A stretch of DNA of 64,000 nt. It comes from Octopus vulgaris (taxonomy: Eukaryota). A program made the position numbers and the translations under genes. Below, in pieces: positions 63,097 through 64,000 of this stretch (its first letter is position 1; each line of letters starts with the position of its first letter). Below the pieces are notes generated by a model that worked only from the letters and a program-made list of their open reading frames with translations, was not told where the DNA came from and did no database searches. Location of the stretch: assembly GCA_951406725.2 (NCBI GenBank), contig OX597814.1, positions 151,590,001-151,654,000 of the forward strand. The letters run 5' to 3'.

Positions 63097-63330
63097 CACC
63101 TTTTTCCGGACCGACAGGTAAGACTACCGTAATTCTCTCTTCGCTTCCGTCTTTTTCTTCCTTTACATCACAAAAAACACGTTAAAAACTATCTTGTACC
63201 GAATATTTAAATTTGTGAACTTAGTATTTATATTTCTTTCAGTAATTTATCGTAGTTGTTTACAAATAGCGAACATTAATATAGAGAGTGAGAGACTTCG
63301 CCATTTTTACGTCAATCCCGGAAGTTGATA
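63097..63330 (-). promoter_or_regulatory. Housekeeping-type promoter/first-exon-like segment
   Basis: Clustered CGCCATTTT (YY1), TTACGTCA (CRE-like) and CCGGAAGT (ETS) at 63299-63326, CpG-rich, with a possible minus donor AAG|GTGATT near 63099. Confidence 0.45.
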
Positions 63331-63414
63331 TTGAGAAACCCTTTTGAAGAAGTGAATCATAAATATAAAGCAATATTCTTTATTTTTAATTTTAAAGAAC
63401 CAAATGAAGAGCCT

Positions 63415-63533
63415 AACATGTGTCCGAGGTCAAATTATCCATGCATCACAAGTATGGAAGTAATTGGCGAAGCCGTTTTCGCGTGAAAAGCGTATAAACG
63501 CGCGCACACGCACTCTCTATTTTATATATTAGA
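63415..63533 (-). mobile_element. Helitron-like 5' terminus (A|TCTAATATATAAAAT)
   Basis: Minus strand reads A|TCTAATATATAAAATAGAGAGTGCGTGTG, which resembles non-autonomous Helitron starts. Confidence 0.45.
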
Positions 63534-64000
63534 TTACAAATTTTCGTGAGATCGACTTTGCTGTTGGTCCCATTAGGATCGATGAAAGAAATAACCCCAA
63601 GTCATCAGTTCAGCTGACTGTCGGTCACATACAATTTATGGAGAAATGATAATGGTAGTATATGGTGCAGAAATATTCAAGGAAATCTCATTATAGATCT
63701 CTTCTTTAATTTCTAAAAATATACCGTTTAGTGACACAAAACATAGCTTTACTTAAATATGTAACACAATTCAATTAGCAAGGGAAGATCAGGTGATAAC
63801 ATTTTGAGGATCTTTGTTTTCCTCTTTGTTTTCTGTACCCGATTTTGTTTAAATTTTCTTCACTGATATAAAAACACTGACTCACCACAAGTGTAGGATG
63901 TGCTCTGAGAAGGGAGAAAGTATAAGCCATAATTGTTAGTGAGTGCTGTAAGCTTGCACAACGCGAATATAAAAGGAGACACGACAATGTGGCCAAATAT

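Overview
This is AT-rich, repeat-dense animal genomic DNA. The SINE families, RTE LINE tails and mariners suggest an octopus or other coleoid cephalopod (inference). Two convergent host loci can be reconstructed with phase-consistent GT-AG junctions. (1) On +, a TCTA-like small membrane protein (1543-1852 + 13571-13686, 141 aa) shares an exon with the start of UBXN6 (13777-13993 + 17077-18176, 438 aa), 90 nt downstream. A competing 5' splice site overlaps the TCTA start codon. This apparent bicistronic, splice-switched locus is the most interesting thing in the window. (2) On -, an SLC38A7-like amino-acid transporter runs from 52096 to 31697, with nine clear coding exons plus three candidate microexons (35+26+14 nt) that keep the frame only together. 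The rest is mostly transposon-derived: tRNA-derived SINEs, RTE, CR1-like and R4/Dong LINEs (one with a 721-aa intact RT-RLE ORF), nested mariners, piggyBac-type MITEs, foldbacks, Helitron termini, a Chapaev-like relic and a decayed Penelope-type hammerhead. All calls are by eye and no database searches were run. Repeat boundaries are approximate.
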